Source: a virus. From it: DNA of 64,000 nt. Position 1 is the stretch's first letter. Every line of letters begins with the position of its first letter. Below, piece after piece: positions 29,905 to 40,688 of the stretch. Position numbers and translations under genes: made by a program. Below the pieces are notes generated by a model. That model had not been told where the DNA came from. It made no database searches and saw only the letters and a list, made by a program, of their open reading frames with translations. The DNA lies in IMG/VR virus record IMGVR_UViG_3300034103_001746, positions 85,533 to 149,532 of that record, one strand, 5' to 3'.

Positions 29905-30606
29905 CTATTGTAGTTGGTTGATATCAAAATTTAAGTCGAGAAAATCCGACTTTAAAGAACGATTGATACCTTTATTTAATTCAACCGAAATAACTTTTGT
30001 AGGCCAATTTAAAAAATTTATTATAATATTTGCGATTTCATATTTTGTATATGTGATATTACCAAATAAATGATATAGTCCGGTACTATTATTTTCTAAA
30101 AGTTTTTTTGTTTCGATTGCTACTTGTTTAGCCGTCAAGCCATTCCAGTAATAATTACTATAGCCACAGAACTCTTTGTCGCAAGATAGTTTTTGTACGA
30201 ATTCACTTCTAATATCCAAAAACGATGTTCTTATAACTGTGGCGTTTGTATTGTTTAACAAATATTCTGAGCCCATGCTTTTGGTAACACCATACTGATT
30301 AGTAGGACAAACAATATCGTTTTTAGTATATTGCTGTCCAAGAGTCTTAAAACCAGAAAATACCGCATCTGTGCAAAAATGAATAAGCTTATCAGAATGT
30401 TTAGAAAGAAAATTTGGTAATTCTATATTAACTACTGGATCACCGGTTTTGTCTACTGCACAATTAATAATTGTAGAATATGATTTTTTCTTAATAAGAT
30501 CTATAAATTCTACAGATGGAAACTTAAAATTTATTGTTTCACAATCTATAATAGATCTAATCCTAGATCCTAAGATACCATTATGACCAATTAACAAAGG
30601 TATCAT
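29905..30606 (-). CDS. NDP-4-keto-6-deoxyhexose reductase (RmlD-like)
   Basis: GHNGILG, INCA, CTDAVFSG, YGVTK. Confidence 0.85.
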   Translation of the reverse strand: MIPLLIGHNGILGSRIRSIIDCETINFKFPSVEFIDLIKKKSYSTIINCAVDKTGDPVVNIELPNFLSKHSDKLIHFCTDAVFSGFKTLGQQYTKNDIVCPTNQYGVTKSMGSEYLLNNTNATVIRTSFLDIRSEFVQKLSCDKEFCGYSNYYWNGLTAKQVAIETKKLLENNSTGLYHLFGNITYTKYEIANIIINFLNWPTKVISVELNKGINRSLKSDFLDLNFDINQLQ

Positions 30607-31529
30607 ACTAAAGCTAATTCTTTTAAGTAGTTGAATAGTTCTTGTTTTGAGACTTTATTATGTTCACTAGAATATACGTCTGTAACTGCTGGACTATTAC
30701 ATACAACATTTGGACTAATAAGAATATAATTATTATCTAGTTTTGTTCTTGGCGCCTCTTCTTTTCCTATCATTAGTTCGTGTATTTTTTCGCCAACTCT
30801 TGGTTGAGATAATGTATATTGTAGCCCATGGGTTTCTTTATAAAGATCGAATAAATCTTTCACTAGAAAAGACTTGAGTTGAGGTACAACAACAGCACTA
30901 GTAGCATTTAATAAACTATATATTACTAAATCTACAGCTTCAGATTCTGTAATCATAAATCGTGTCATAATATCAGAATATAATGTTAAACTTTGTTTAC
31001 TATTAATACTATGCTTGATTAATGGAATAATAGAACCAGTTGAATTAGTAACGTTCCCATATCTACATGCAGATAACATAACATGTGATTTATTAACAAT
31101 AAAAGATTGTTCTGCCGTATATTTACAAGAACCATAAATAGTGGTCGCCTCACATGCTTTATCAGTAGATATAAAACAAGCAGACTCAAAATTATTATCT
31201 TCAGCAGATAGCCTTGAATTTATAGCACCAATGCAGATAGTATTTATTGCTTCTATTGGATTTTCATCACAAGCAGAAATTTGTTTTAAACTAGCGGTAA
31301 AAATTCCTAGATCATGATTTTTAGCAGATCGTCTGAGCCTGTCGGCGTCAACAATACTACCAACTACACAATCAATATTTGGATATTCTTTTTTCAGAAA
31401 ATAATGTTTTGCTTCATCTCTACTATAGATAGTAATATGATTGTTAGGATAAAGTCTTTTAATTAACGCTTTTCCTAAAAATCCAGCACCACCGGTAATA
31501 AATATTCTCTTATTAATTATTGTGTCCAT
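30603..31529 (-). CDS. UDP-GlcNAc 4,6-dehydratase (CapD/FnlA/PseB-like)
   Basis: TGGAGFLG, YSRDEAK, ISTDKA, YGSCK, RYGNV, MTRF, RVGEKIHE. Confidence 0.88.
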   Translation of the reverse strand: MDTIINKRIFITGGAGFLGKALIKRLYPNNHITIYSRDEAKHYFLKKEYPNIDCVVGSIVDADRLRRSAKNHDLGIFTASLKQISACDENPIEAINTICIGAINSRLSAEDNNFESACFISTDKACEATTIYGSCKYTAEQSFIVNKSHVMLSACRYGNVTNSTGSIIPLIKHSINSKQSLTLYSDIMTRFMITESEAVDLVIYSLLNATSAVVVPQLKSFLVKDLFDLYKETHGLQYTLSQPRVGEKIHELMIGKEEAPRTKLDNNYILISPNVVCNSPAVTDVYSSEHNKVSKQELFNYLKELALV

Positions 31530-32734
31530 ATAGTTTTAATATTAGGGAGAGGGATTATCCATTTAGCCTTTAACGCTTCGTGTTTTTTTGATATTTCATT
31601 AAAGAAGGTATATGCTAAACACAATATATAATCTGGTTTATGTTCATATAAAAAACTAGACGGTTTAATTGGAATCAAACCGCTAGATGTGAATTTGCCA
31701 ATTTTAAGAGGGGAATCGTCAATGATAAATGGAACTAAACTACTATCTATCCCATAGAAAGATAAAAATGTATTAGCTTGACCAGATGCTCCATAGGCTA
31801 CAATTTTTTGCCCACATTGCTTTAGACTTTGTAACATTTGTTTAGTTTGATCTCTTAAGATTAAAATTCTTTGGCCAAAATTATCAAATGTAGCAGCGGA
31901 GTAAAGTCCCATATCTTTTTCTTCATTTTCTAGATCAACAACAGATTGTTCTATAATTCTAGCCCCTTTTTTACAACAATAATATCTAATACTTCCTCCG
32001 TGCGTGGGTATGTGTTCCACTTTATAAACATCTATATTCACAAGATTTAATAAAAATCTGAAACTCTTTAAACTATAATAGAAAATATGTTCATGGTAAA
32101 TAAACGGAAATTGTAGATTTTTAATTAACGACCCAAGCCAATGTACTTCACATATGAAAACGCTTGATGTGTCTGTTAAAAGTGTTTCGACGCCTTCTGC
32201 TACTCCTAATATATCGGATATATGAGCAAAACAATTACTAGTATAAACAATATCTATATGAGGATTATCTGCTATAATGGCTTTAGCAATATCTTTGTTA
32301 AAAAATGTATTGATTAAACTAAGACCATTATTTGTATTTAATGACACAAACTCTCTTTGAGCAACATCGCTAGGATCAACTCCTATAATTCTGTCGCTAT
32401 CATTTAGAAAATTTTTCAAAAAGGTAAAATCATTGGAACCTATTTCTACAATAGTGTTGTGTTTAAAGTTTTTTTTTATAGAAGTAGCGCATACATCAAA
32501 ATGGTCTACGAGCGTTTTTATTGCTCCTGTTTTATACATATATTCATTAAATAGTTTACCGGGAGGAATGTCTTCCGCTACCTGTACCAAACCAGAATCT
32601 TCGCAAAACTCTACAGTAATAGGGAAGTGCTCATTAGGAGAATTGATGTCAGATAAAAAAGATCCTGCTAGTGGCATACTAAAGGACATGAAGCTTTTTG
32701 TGGGTTTTTTAGAAATTCTACAAATTCCAGTCAT
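31517..32734 (-). CDS. NDP-hexose C-methyltransferase (TylC3/NovU-like)
   Basis: CRIS Zn site, MPLAGSF, EIGSND, GVDPS, NCFAHI, IYHEH, THGGSIR, YGASG, DDSPLKIG. Confidence 0.9.
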   Translation of the reverse strand: MTGICRISKKPTKSFMSFSMPLAGSFLSDINSPNEHFPITVEFCEDSGLVQVAEDIPPGKLFNEYMYKTGAIKTLVDHFDVCATSIKKNFKHNTIVEIGSNDFTFLKNFLNDSDRIIGVDPSDVAQREFVSLNTNNGLSLINTFFNKDIAKAIIADNPHIDIVYTSNCFAHISDILGVAEGVETLLTDTSSVFICEVHWLGSLIKNLQFPFIYHEHIFYYSLKSFRFLLNLVNIDVYKVEHIPTHGGSIRYYCCKKGARIIEQSVVDLENEEKDMGLYSAATFDNFGQRILILRDQTKQMLQSLKQCGQKIVAYGASGQANTFLSFYGIDSSLVPFIIDDSPLKIGKFTSSGLIPIKPSSFLYEHKPDYILCLAYTFFNEISKKHEALKAKWIIPLPNIKTIWTQ

Positions 32735-34179
32735 ACTTCACTCCCATAATTAATTTTTTGTCTAAATTCTATTATATTCATATTTGTATACTTAATGAAT
32801 AGGTCTTGATTATGATTTTGTTGCCTATAATGATGAGAAAGTTTTTTCATAGTTCCGCTTGATAAATGAAAGACGAAAGAATTATTAGAACATATAAATT
32901 TATATGCATTATTAAATTTCCATAATTCATAAGCAAACATATCGTCTCTTCCATAGCCACTTAAAAAATTTCTATCCCAATTTCCTGAATAACCTCCAAT
33001 ATTTAAGAAATCTTTAGATTTAACCATAATAGGATGATTGTAACTAATAATTTTCTTATATGTTTTATATTTTAGATTATCATAATTTTTATGAAATTGT
33101 TGAATATAAAAATCATCATATTTACTTAAAGAAGTGTCAACCACCACACACAGATTGTTGCTATTAAAATTTTCTATTAAACCACACGAAGCGGAACAGG
33201 GATAGTTACTGTCTATAATATTGATCAGATCAGAAATAAAATCTCCATGATATATCATATCATCATTAGTATTTAAGAAATATTCACTTTGTTCAATAAA
33301 AGGCTTTAGAAAATCAATTGCTAACGGGCCCCCGTTTTTATTATTACATACAAAGGGTATTCCAAGATTATATAAATAGTTTATAGACTCAGGATCCGGC
33401 TCATTTAATACTACTGCTATACCATCTTTTTCATGATCGATGCACGACAAAATTGAGTCGATGCAAGACTTTAAAAGATAAAAATTATTCCAAGAACATA
33501 AACCAATTAAAACTCTATATTTTTGTATAGATATAGGATTTGATATTTTTTTAGCTATTTGATCATAAAAAGTATTCTGTTCTCTTTGCCTATTGATTTC
33601 TTTGTGATGTGTAATAGCTAAAAATTCATTCTCTGTGATAGCACCGTAGTTTTCATATCCCTGTAGAGTTTCATGAACATCACCCTGCCATAATATTTTT
33701 TTATTATTTTTATATAGTCTGGGTTGAAAATCTGGCCAGTTAATCCATCCCCTCTCATTAACTCTCCAAGACCATTTTTGTATATCGTCTTCTGTTATTC
33801 CTTCTACAGTATTTATTCTAGGAAATAAATATAGATCTAGATCATTTTCTTTTAGAATTTGTCTAATAATTGGAAAAGCTTCGTCTTTTAAGTTTTCATC
33901 AGCATCTAAATTTAGAATATATGTTTTAGTAGCTAAGGATGTGAGATAGTTTTTAAGTTTAGCAAATTTACCATCAAACCTATATTCATAGGGGATAATA
34001 TTATTATTTTTTAGATAATTATAAATATCTTGATACCATTGGGTATTTTTTTCAGATTCATCTTTGTGAGTTTGAACAACAACTATTTCTTCATCTTCTT
34101 GTTTTGCTGCTAAGATTGTATTTATTAATTGTTGAATATAGTCTACTTCATTGTAAACTGTAATGCAGTATGAAATCAT
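32731..34179 (-). CDS. Two-domain GT2 glycosyltransferase
   Basis: ITVYNE...LDADE...WPDFQPR (first GT-A domain); CSWNN...NDDM...GGY (second). Confidence 0.85.
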   Translation of the reverse strand: MISYCITVYNEVDYIQQLINTILAAKQEDEEIVVVQTHKDESEKNTQWYQDIYNYLKNNNIIPYEYRFDGKFAKLKNYLTSLATKTYILNLDADENLKDEAFPIIRQILKENDLDLYLFPRINTVEGITEDDIQKWSWRVNERGWINWPDFQPRLYKNNKKILWQGDVHETLQGYENYGAITENEFLAITHHKEINRQREQNTFYDQIAKKISNPISIQKYRVLIGLCSWNNFYLLKSCIDSILSCIDHEKDGIAVVLNEPDPESINYLYNLGIPFVCNNKNGGPLAIDFLKPFIEQSEYFLNTNDDMIYHGDFISDLINIIDSNYPCSASCGLIENFNSNNLCVVVDTSLSKYDDFYIQQFHKNYDNLKYKTYKKIISYNHPIMVKSKDFLNIGGYSGNWDRNFLSGYGRDDMFAYELWKFNNAYKFICSNNSFVFHLSSGTMKKLSHHYRQQNHNQDLFIKYTNMNIIEFRQKINYGSEV

Positions 34180-34207
34180 AGTTTATTTTCTAAAATCATT
34201 AAAGATA

Positions 34208-34903
34208 TTATTTGACAATATAACAACCTGGTGGTAGACCTGTCTCATCGTCGGCATACTTATTCCCCATAGTTAGAACCTGTTTGGTATTTGGATGTAT
34301 AACAGTTAACGGGCGTCCAATTTCTGTAAAGAATGTTATCATTGCATCAAAAGTTTCTCTCAGTCCAGAATCATCAAATATTATATATCCTCCTTTTATC
34401 ACCTTATCATATAAATTATAGAGAACCTCTAATACAGCGGAGTAGGAGTCAACGTCTATGCGTAATAAAGATATCTGTTGAATATCTAAATTCTTGGTTG
34501 TATCTCTGACAAATCCCTTTACAATAGAAATGCGCTTTTTATTAATATCGGAATCCAAACCATAAAGCTTAAAGTTATTTAATGTCTCGTTGTAAGGTAT
34601 TCCTATGGGTCCAACCATATTAGCAGTGAAAGAAGGTATGTGTCTTTCTGTTTTAGAATAGGAATATATGGCATCGTTAATATTTTGAAAACCTTCAAAG
34701 GAATCCAGTACCCATATCTTTTTATGTGGAAACAATTTTGATAGAAAAATAGAAAATCCTCCTCGCCAACACCCGCATTCTATAATATCTCCATCTAATT
34801 GGTCTATTACATCTTTTTGCTGTAAAACAGTATCAAAATTATTTTTATATACCATAGAAATTTTTTGAGATATTAAATTATCTATTAATTCATTGATTTC
34901 CAT
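34208..34903 (-). CDS. TylF/MycF/NovP-family sugar O-methyltransferase
   Basis: GDIIECGCWRGG, DSFEGF, KGFVRDT, LLRIDVDSY, GGYIIFDD. Confidence 0.9.
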   Translation of the reverse strand: MEINELIDNLISQKISMVYKNNFDTVLQQKDVIDQLDGDIIECGCWRGGFSIFLSKLFPHKKIWVLDSFEGFQNINDAIYSYSKTERHIPSFTANMVGPIGIPYNETLNNFKLYGLDSDINKKRISIVKGFVRDTTKNLDIQQISLLRIDVDSYSAVLEVLYNLYDKVIKGGYIIFDDSGLRETFDAMITFFTEIGRPLTVIHPNTKQVLTMGNKYADDETGLPPGCYIVK

Positions 34904-34923
34904 ATAAAATATTTCCTTTTTAT

Positions 34924-35385
34924 TTAATTAATATTTTTTAACCAAGTTAAGTCAGGATTAACATATTCAATTTTCATTCCACTCATTTTAACGAATAGAT
35001 CAAAGCGTTTTTGGTGTTCTTCATCAAACAAGTGTGTACCATGTCCTTCACACATATATACTTGAGTAACACCTTCTTGCCATAAGGCCATAATACAATC
35101 ATTACAACATTGGCCAGTTACATACGCTATTCCGTTGTCTGGTCTAATCACACAGTTTGATAGAGCATTTCTTTCAGCGTGGATCATCCACGGATATTTG
35201 TCTGGTCTAGTATTTGGTAATTGACTGTCATCTAATCCTTTTGGAAAGCCGTTGTAGCCAACGCCCAATATTCTATGATTAGTATCTGTGATAATACAGC
35301 CGTGCTGTGTTTGAGAATCATGACTCCTCAAAGAGACAACTTTAGCCAAACCTATAAAATATTCGTTCCATGATGGTCTATTCAT
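34924..35385 (-). CDS. dCMP deaminase
   Basis: RPSWNEYF, GYNG, HAERNA, CCNDC. Confidence 0.92.
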   Translation of the reverse strand: MNRPSWNEYFIGLAKVVSLRSHDSQTQHGCIITDTNHRILGVGYNGFPKGLDDSQLPNTRPDKYPWMIHAERNALSNCVIRPDNGIAYVTGQCCNDCIMALWQEGVTQVYMCEGHGTHLFDEEHQKRFDLFVKMSGMKIEYVNPDLTWLKNIN

Positions 35386-35390
35386 GACAT

Positions 35391-35419
35391 ATTATATCGA
35401 GCGCGACGCATAGTGCAAG
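35391..35419 (-). promoter_or_regulatory. Sigma70-type promoter; probably leaderless dCMP deaminase mRNA
   Basis: TTGCAC-16 nt-TATAAT ending 5 nt upstream of the ATG. Confidence 0.6.
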
Positions 35420-35427
35420 TTGGGTTG

Positions 35428-38400
35428 TTAACAGCCACAACCGCTACAGGCGCCCACTACCGTTCCATAATTACACGAGCTTTCATCAAATGTAGCATCG
35501 CCATTCACCGTACCATAATTATATGATCCATTAGAAAAAGTTGCATTGCCATTCACCGTACCATAATAATTATTAGATGCATTGAAGGTGGCATTAGTAT
35601 TAATAGTACCATAATTAGTAGAGTTTATAAATAATCCACTATTAACAGAACCATTATTTGAAGAAGTTATAAAAATACCAACGTTAGTTACTGATCCATT
35701 GTTAGAACTATAAGATGTAAAAGTGCCAGTTTGAACAACTGTACCTTCGTTTGTACTAGTATTAAAAGTGACATTACCACCAATATTATTGTAATTAACA
35801 GAATAAGAATTAAAAGAGGCGTTTCCGTTAATATAGCCATAATTACTAGCATTATTAAAAGATATATCTGTGCCTAAATTACCATAATTTGCACAACCGG
35901 GTCCAAAGGTCACTGTTCCAGTAATAGTCCCAGAGTTAATGGCCTGATTAGTAAAAGAATGACCACTACCATTTAATGTACCAAAATTAATAGCATTATT
36001 AAAAGATGAAGTTTTATGAATAACACCCCTATTAGAAGCAGGAGGAATTACGATATATGTTGATGTATCATTATTCCATATATAATTATATGATCCATTA
36101 AAAGAAGCAGTACCGGATATATGTCCATTATTTATACTTTGGTCTTGAAATGATAAAGAAACCCCGCTGAATGGTATATCTGAATTATTAATAGATTCAT
36201 TATAAAAAGTTCCTCCAGATATTTTAGCATTATTAACACTATAATTATAAAAAGATGTTGATGGTAACAAACCGGTAGCATTATTAATTCCTGAATTTCT
36301 AAATGTAGATACTGATGAGTACGATCCTCTATTTATTGCATTATTATAAAATGTTCCTTGATTGATTCGCCCATAATTAATGCTGTTATTATAAAAGTTA
36401 ACATTACCTGCTATTCCAGAAAAATTATTCTGACTAGAGTTATAAAAAGTGGCGTCTTGTATTACCCCATTATTTTTAGAGTCTGAATAAAAAGTGCTGT
36501 TACCCAAACAAACACCACTATAATCATTAGATGACGATTCACGAAACACAACTACGCAAGATAGCCCTGAAGACTGATTCATAGAATTACCAGAAAATTC
36601 TACAGAAGATGTTACATTACCGATATTAATACTATTATCAAAAAAATAAGCTATACTGCCTGTGCCATGATTTTTACTGTTATTATAAAATTTACTATTA
36701 TAGAAAGAACCTTTATTAGTACTAGAATTTTGATAAAATCCGTATGTTACAGATCCGGAGTTGGTTGAAGAATTATTAAAATATCCACTATACGATATAA
36801 AACTAGTATTAATTGACAAGTCATTAAAAATTCCGTTTGATATATTGCTGTAGTTAAAAGTAGCGTTTTGAAAGTATCCTGTAGTACTAATAGTCCCAGA
36901 GTTTATAGTATTATTTTGAAATATTCCTTTGTTTATAGTTCCTTGATTTACGCTATTGTCTTTAAAAATCAAATATCCACTACTTGAAACATTAATATTA
37001 GCTGCGTTCTTTGCAAACTTTTGAAATGTAATATCGAATATAGATATATTCGCATTATTTGTGGAGGTATCAGAAAAAGTAGCTTTACCAGTTAAGGGAC
37101 CACTGTTAACACCAGACACAGTAAAAACTGTTACACCACTCACGCTACCGTTATTATTAGAGTTATTAAAAGCATGAGTACCCGATATGATACTACCATT
37201 ATTAGTAGAATTATTAAAATTTGTACTTTTAGTAATAGTGCTATTATTAATGCTTTGATTATTAAAATCTGCTGACCCATCAATACTGCCATTATTTGTA
37301 CCACTACTAAAAATACATTGACCACTTACACTAGCATTATTTGTAGCATTAACAAATTGACCATATCCTTGAATGATCCCACCGTTTTGGCCACTAATCA
37401 TATACAGATTTCCAATAATTCTTCCAGCGTTATTAGATTTATAAAACTTGACTGAGCCGGATATAGATCCATTATTAGAAGAGTCTATAAATAAACTATT
37501 TCCATAAATAATATTGTTATTCAGAGAAGAGCTTCCACTAAAAATAGATAAAGCCCCTGAAATAATGCCATTATTTACAGAGTTTAAAAAAAGACTTGTG
37601 GTATTAATAATACCATTATTGACTGCTGAACCGCTAAAAATAGTGTTTCCATATAATTTACCATTTACTGAGTTAATAGAATTAGATATAAATAATGTTT
37701 CAGAAAAACAATATCCATTATTTGTAGAAGCATTTTCAAATCTAGCCTCATTTGTTATAGTCCCATAATTAATAGAATTCAATAAAGTAGTTTTAGCAGA
37801 TATGGTGCCATAATTATTTGACGAGGATAATAAGGCCGATGGGGCCGTGAGTGAGCACCCAGACGCTATATTAGAATCAAAAAAATATGCTCCGGGTGGA
37901 ATACTTTTTAAAAAATTTGGATCATCACTTCCATTATCGGTCTGTGCGGAATTAGGGTATATCGAAGAACTTTCCGAGCTTCTAATATTAATATTAATTA
38001 ATATTCCAGAAATATTTAACTCTTGATTATATGTTTTAAAAGAGCTATTTTGAAAAAATAATCTTTTATTAAGATTAATATTTAATAAAGGAGATATTAA
38101 GCCTTGAGAACCTATTATACCATTGGTAACAAGTAGATTATTAGTTGTAATATTTCCAAAAGAGAAAGGAACCCTATCCTCCGGCCGATTTGTATCTGCA
38201 CCAAATATTATTAGAGTGTTTTTTACTTTGATAGATTTAAGACCCAACAATCCGATGGAAGATTTACTAAAACATGAATTCGTTTGTGCCATAACACTAG
38301 CGTCAATAGTAATTACGCTAGGTTTACTAATCACAATATCTGTTTTATTACTGGGAAGATTTTTACTATTAATTTCTAAAGAGCCATCCTCAAACCACTT

Positions 38401-38442
38401 AGATAAGTCGCACCAGACATTTCTTGAAAGAGGATTGCTCAT
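35428..38442 (-). CDS. Asn/Gly/Ser-rich repetitive beta-helix protein (probable virion fibre/adhesin)
   Basis: Dozens of ~15-16-aa (F-x-N-S-x-N-x-G-x-I/V) repeats; near-exact DNA repeat ccattcaccgtaccataat at ~35501 and ~35549. Confidence 0.65.
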   Translation of the reverse strand: MSNPLSRNVWCDLSKWFEDGSLEINSKNLPSNKTDIVISKPSVITIDASVMAQTNSCFSKSSIGLLGLKSIKVKNTLIIFGADTNRPEDRVPFSFGNITTNNLLVTNGIIGSQGLISPLLNINLNKRLFFQNSSFKTYNQELNISGILININIRSSESSSIYPNSAQTDNGSDDPNFLKSIPPGAYFFDSNIASGCSLTAPSALLSSSNNYGTISAKTTLLNSINYGTITNEARFENASTNNGYCFSETLFISNSINSVNGKLYGNTIFSGSAVNNGIINTTSLFLNSVNNGIISGALSIFSGSSSLNNNIIYGNSLFIDSSNNGSISGSVKFYKSNNAGRIIGNLYMISGQNGGIIQGYGQFVNATNNASVSGQCIFSSGTNNGSIDGSADFNNQSINNSTITKSTNFNNSTNNGSIISGTHAFNNSNNNGSVSGVTVFTVSGVNSGPLTGKATFSDTSTNNANISIFDITFQKFAKNAANINVSSSGYLIFKDNSVNQGTINKGIFQNNTINSGTISTTGYFQNATFNYSNISNGIFNDLSINTSFISYSGYFNNSSTNSGSVTYGFYQNSSTNKGSFYNSKFYNNSKNHGTGSIAYFFDNSINIGNVTSSVEFSGNSMNQSSGLSCVVVFRESSSNDYSGVCLGNSTFYSDSKNNGVIQDATFYNSSQNNFSGIAGNVNFYNNSINYGRINQGTFYNNAINRGSYSSVSTFRNSGINNATGLLPSTSFYNYSVNNAKISGGTFYNESINNSDIPFSGVSLSFQDQSINNGHISGTASFNGSYNYIWNNDTSTYIVIPPASNRGVIHKTSSFNNAINFGTLNGSGHSFTNQAINSGTITGTVTFGPGCANYGNLGTDISFNNASNYGYINGNASFNSYSVNYNNIGGNVTFNTSTNEGTVVQTGTFTSYSSNNGSVTNVGIFITSSNNGSVNSGLFINSTNYGTINTNATFNASNNYYGTVNGNATFSNGSYNYGTVNGDATFDESSCNYGTVVGACSGCGC

Positions 38443-40052
38443 TATGTATTACCGTCAAAAAATAATTTAAGTTTGGGCTCATATGTATTTTCTCTAGCCT
38501 TATAAAATTGTGTATAATCTAAATCCTGTTTGGGGAATCCTTCTGTCATAGATAAAGCAAACACCATTCCCATAGCATGTTGTTTAGTAGCACATCCCCA
38601 TGGAGAACACGCCGTATCATCCACACACGGATCATTATTAGGGTCGTTTGGATTGGACACAGAAGTTTTTCTTCTACAATTAACTTTATCGACTCTATAT
38701 AAATTTAACATACATTGTAGATGACTCTCTGTTACTAAAAATGATCCGTCAGGAATTGGGCCCCAAGAAGGATGTCCTCCGTCGTTCCATTTTCCCCAAC
38801 TATTTGCTAATAAGTATACACACTCAGTATAATCTACTTTTCTATCATCATACCCAATAATAGCATAAGAATGATACCATATTCTATCTGGATATGAAAC
38901 ACCACCAGAGTCTCGGATATTTGGAAAACCAACATTAGTCATTAGTATTACTCCATAACCATTATATATTAAATCTTTAATAGACTGTAATACATTCGAT
39001 GTGTTTGTGAACTGAATTATTGATATAGTTCTTACTCTATCAATAGTTTCTACTGGTTTTCCTAAATAATCAACATTTTTTGATTTTTCATATTTATTAG
39101 TTTTATAGTCATAATTATTAATTGTTTGAAAATATTTTAAAAGTATATCTCCGGGACAGCTATAAAAATTAGGACCACTATTATTAATTAAATTAACATA
39201 TCCACCATATGATTTTCGTTTTAATATCCCTATGTGCCTAAGTGGAAAATCTTCATTTGTTACATTGGTTGTATCGGTTGTTAATTGAGTATATTCCCAA
39301 TAACCATAACGAGTACCAGTAATATCTCCACAACACCAGTTCATTTTTTCTGCGCATGATCCGCTAGTACAACAATCTTGTTGGTCTGGTGTTATATCTT
39401 CCGGATTAGATGTACAAGCTCCGCATGGTGTGCATTCTCTAAATCCAGATTTTTCATTCTGTTTACATTCAAATGTTGCTCCTAACGCAGATCCTTCCTT
39501 TTTAGGATCAAATTTTGGTAAACAATCTAAATCTCCACATCCTGTTCCTCTATTCATAGAGTCACTTTCGGGAACTAGGTCTGGTCCTAAGAGCATTAAA
39601 CAGTCTGTTATATAATTTTGACCAAAATATTGTAAATACTCTGTTGCTCCTCTGTGTTCCCAAGAGGATCTAGTGCCAGAAGCCTCAACATAACACGCTC
39701 TCATAACATCGCAAGCATTACGAATAGCGTGAGACGTACCACTTTTAATGTCGGGTTGAATCTCTGAAAAAGCTTCAACATCTATTCTTTGTAAAAACCT
39801 AAATGGCAAAGCTAATTTTCTTGATCCTGTATTTAGAATACCGAATGGATCACTATCGCTTGGCTCTATTTGTGTATATGGAGCTTTATTAAAACAAGGA
39901 TATTTTAGTTGTTTTAAAAAATTACTTAATCTAGGTAAATCGTATGGAGTTCCGCGTCCAACATTTTGTTCAGGACGCCCAACAAAATCTATTACACCCA
40001 TTTCGCACGGGGATGTGGTGTATTCGTAATAAAGCTCTTTGGGCGTTAACAT
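38442..40052 (-). CDS. Papain-like (C1) peptidase homolog with Cys-rich insert; catalytic Cys replaced by Gly
   Basis: Paralog of 41220..42143. WYHSYAIIGYDD and LANSWG are retained, but KSGTSH replaces GDCVSH. Confidence 0.75.
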   Translation of the reverse strand: MLTPKELYYEYTTSPCEMGVIDFVGRPEQNVGRGTPYDLPRLSNFLKQLKYPCFNKAPYTQIEPSDSDPFGILNTGSRKLALPFRFLQRIDVEAFSEIQPDIKSGTSHAIRNACDVMRACYVEASGTRSSWEHRGATEYLQYFGQNYITDCLMLLGPDLVPESDSMNRGTGCGDLDCLPKFDPKKEGSALGATFECKQNEKSGFRECTPCGACTSNPEDITPDQQDCCTSGSCAEKMNWCCGDITGTRYGYWEYTQLTTDTTNVTNEDFPLRHIGILKRKSYGGYVNLINNSGPNFYSCPGDILLKYFQTINNYDYKTNKYEKSKNVDYLGKPVETIDRVRTISIIQFTNTSNVLQSIKDLIYNGYGVILMTNVGFPNIRDSGGVSYPDRIWYHSYAIIGYDDRKVDYTECVYLLANSWGKWNDGGHPSWGPIPDGSFLVTESHLQCMLNLYRVDKVNCRRKTSVSNPNDPNNDPCVDDTACSPWGCATKQHAMGMVFALSMTEGFPKQDLDYTQFYKARENTYEPKLKLFFDGNT

Positions 40053-40303
40053 TATGCATTTTTAGTCAGTTTATTATATACTACTAAAGATAAAATTGAT
40101 CCAGCAACCCCCATAATAATTCCAGCTGGGGACACAGCATCATAGCTTCCTAATAAATAAAGTATGGCTCCTCCCATATATGAGCCAGCAACTCCCAAAG
40201 CTACTGTTTTTACAAAACCAAAATTTTCTTCGCCAGGAACTATACTTTTGGCAATAGACCCTACAAATAAGCCATATACACACCACACTAAAATATTAAA
40301 CAT
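40052..40303 (-). CDS. GlsB/YeaQ/YmgE (transglycosylase-associated) membrane protein
   Basis: GLFVGSIAKSIVPG...LGVAGSYMGG; three TM segments. Confidence 0.85.
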   Translation of the reverse strand: MFNILVWCVYGLFVGSIAKSIVPGEENFGFVKTVALGVAGSYMGGAILYLLGSYDAVSPAGIIMGVAGSILSLVVYNKLTKNA

Positions 40304-40688
40304 TTGCTGCCTCCACTAAACATAAAACTTCTTGATTATTTAAATTTTCGCCAGTATCTAATAAAGCGTTGACTAATGCTAAACTATATTTTTCGTATTG
40401 TTCTTTATCTAGTTCTCTTCGTAATATTTTTTTAATTCTCATTTTGGTAAACCAACCACGACGAATACTATACTCTTTAATTTCTTGTCCATATAACTCA
40501 TATTTATCAGAAGACGAACAATTTGCGGATAATTTATTTTTGTTGCATTCCTGTAATACTCTAACTAAAGTAAGAATTATACTAATAATCATAAGTATAG
40601 CTACTACACTGCCAAATTTTTCTTCTTGTGGAACTTTGGCTTTTTGTAATACTTTAGAGGCGATCTCTTTTAATTTATTATCATTCAT
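40296..40688 (-). CDS. Hypothetical membrane protein
   Basis: One TM segment (VVAILMIISIILTLV). Confidence 0.65.
   Translation of the reverse strand: MNDNKLKEIASKVLQKAKVPQEEKFGSVVAILMIISIILTLVRVLQECNKNKLSANCSSSDKYELYGQEIKEYSIRRGWFTKMRIKKILRRELDKEQYEKYSLALVNALLDTGENLNNQEVLCLVEAANV

Noticed and set aside
35428-38442. DGR target or CRISPR-like DNA repeats
   Set aside because: The repeats are degenerate in-frame protein repeats; no reverse transcriptase or TR/VR pair was seen.
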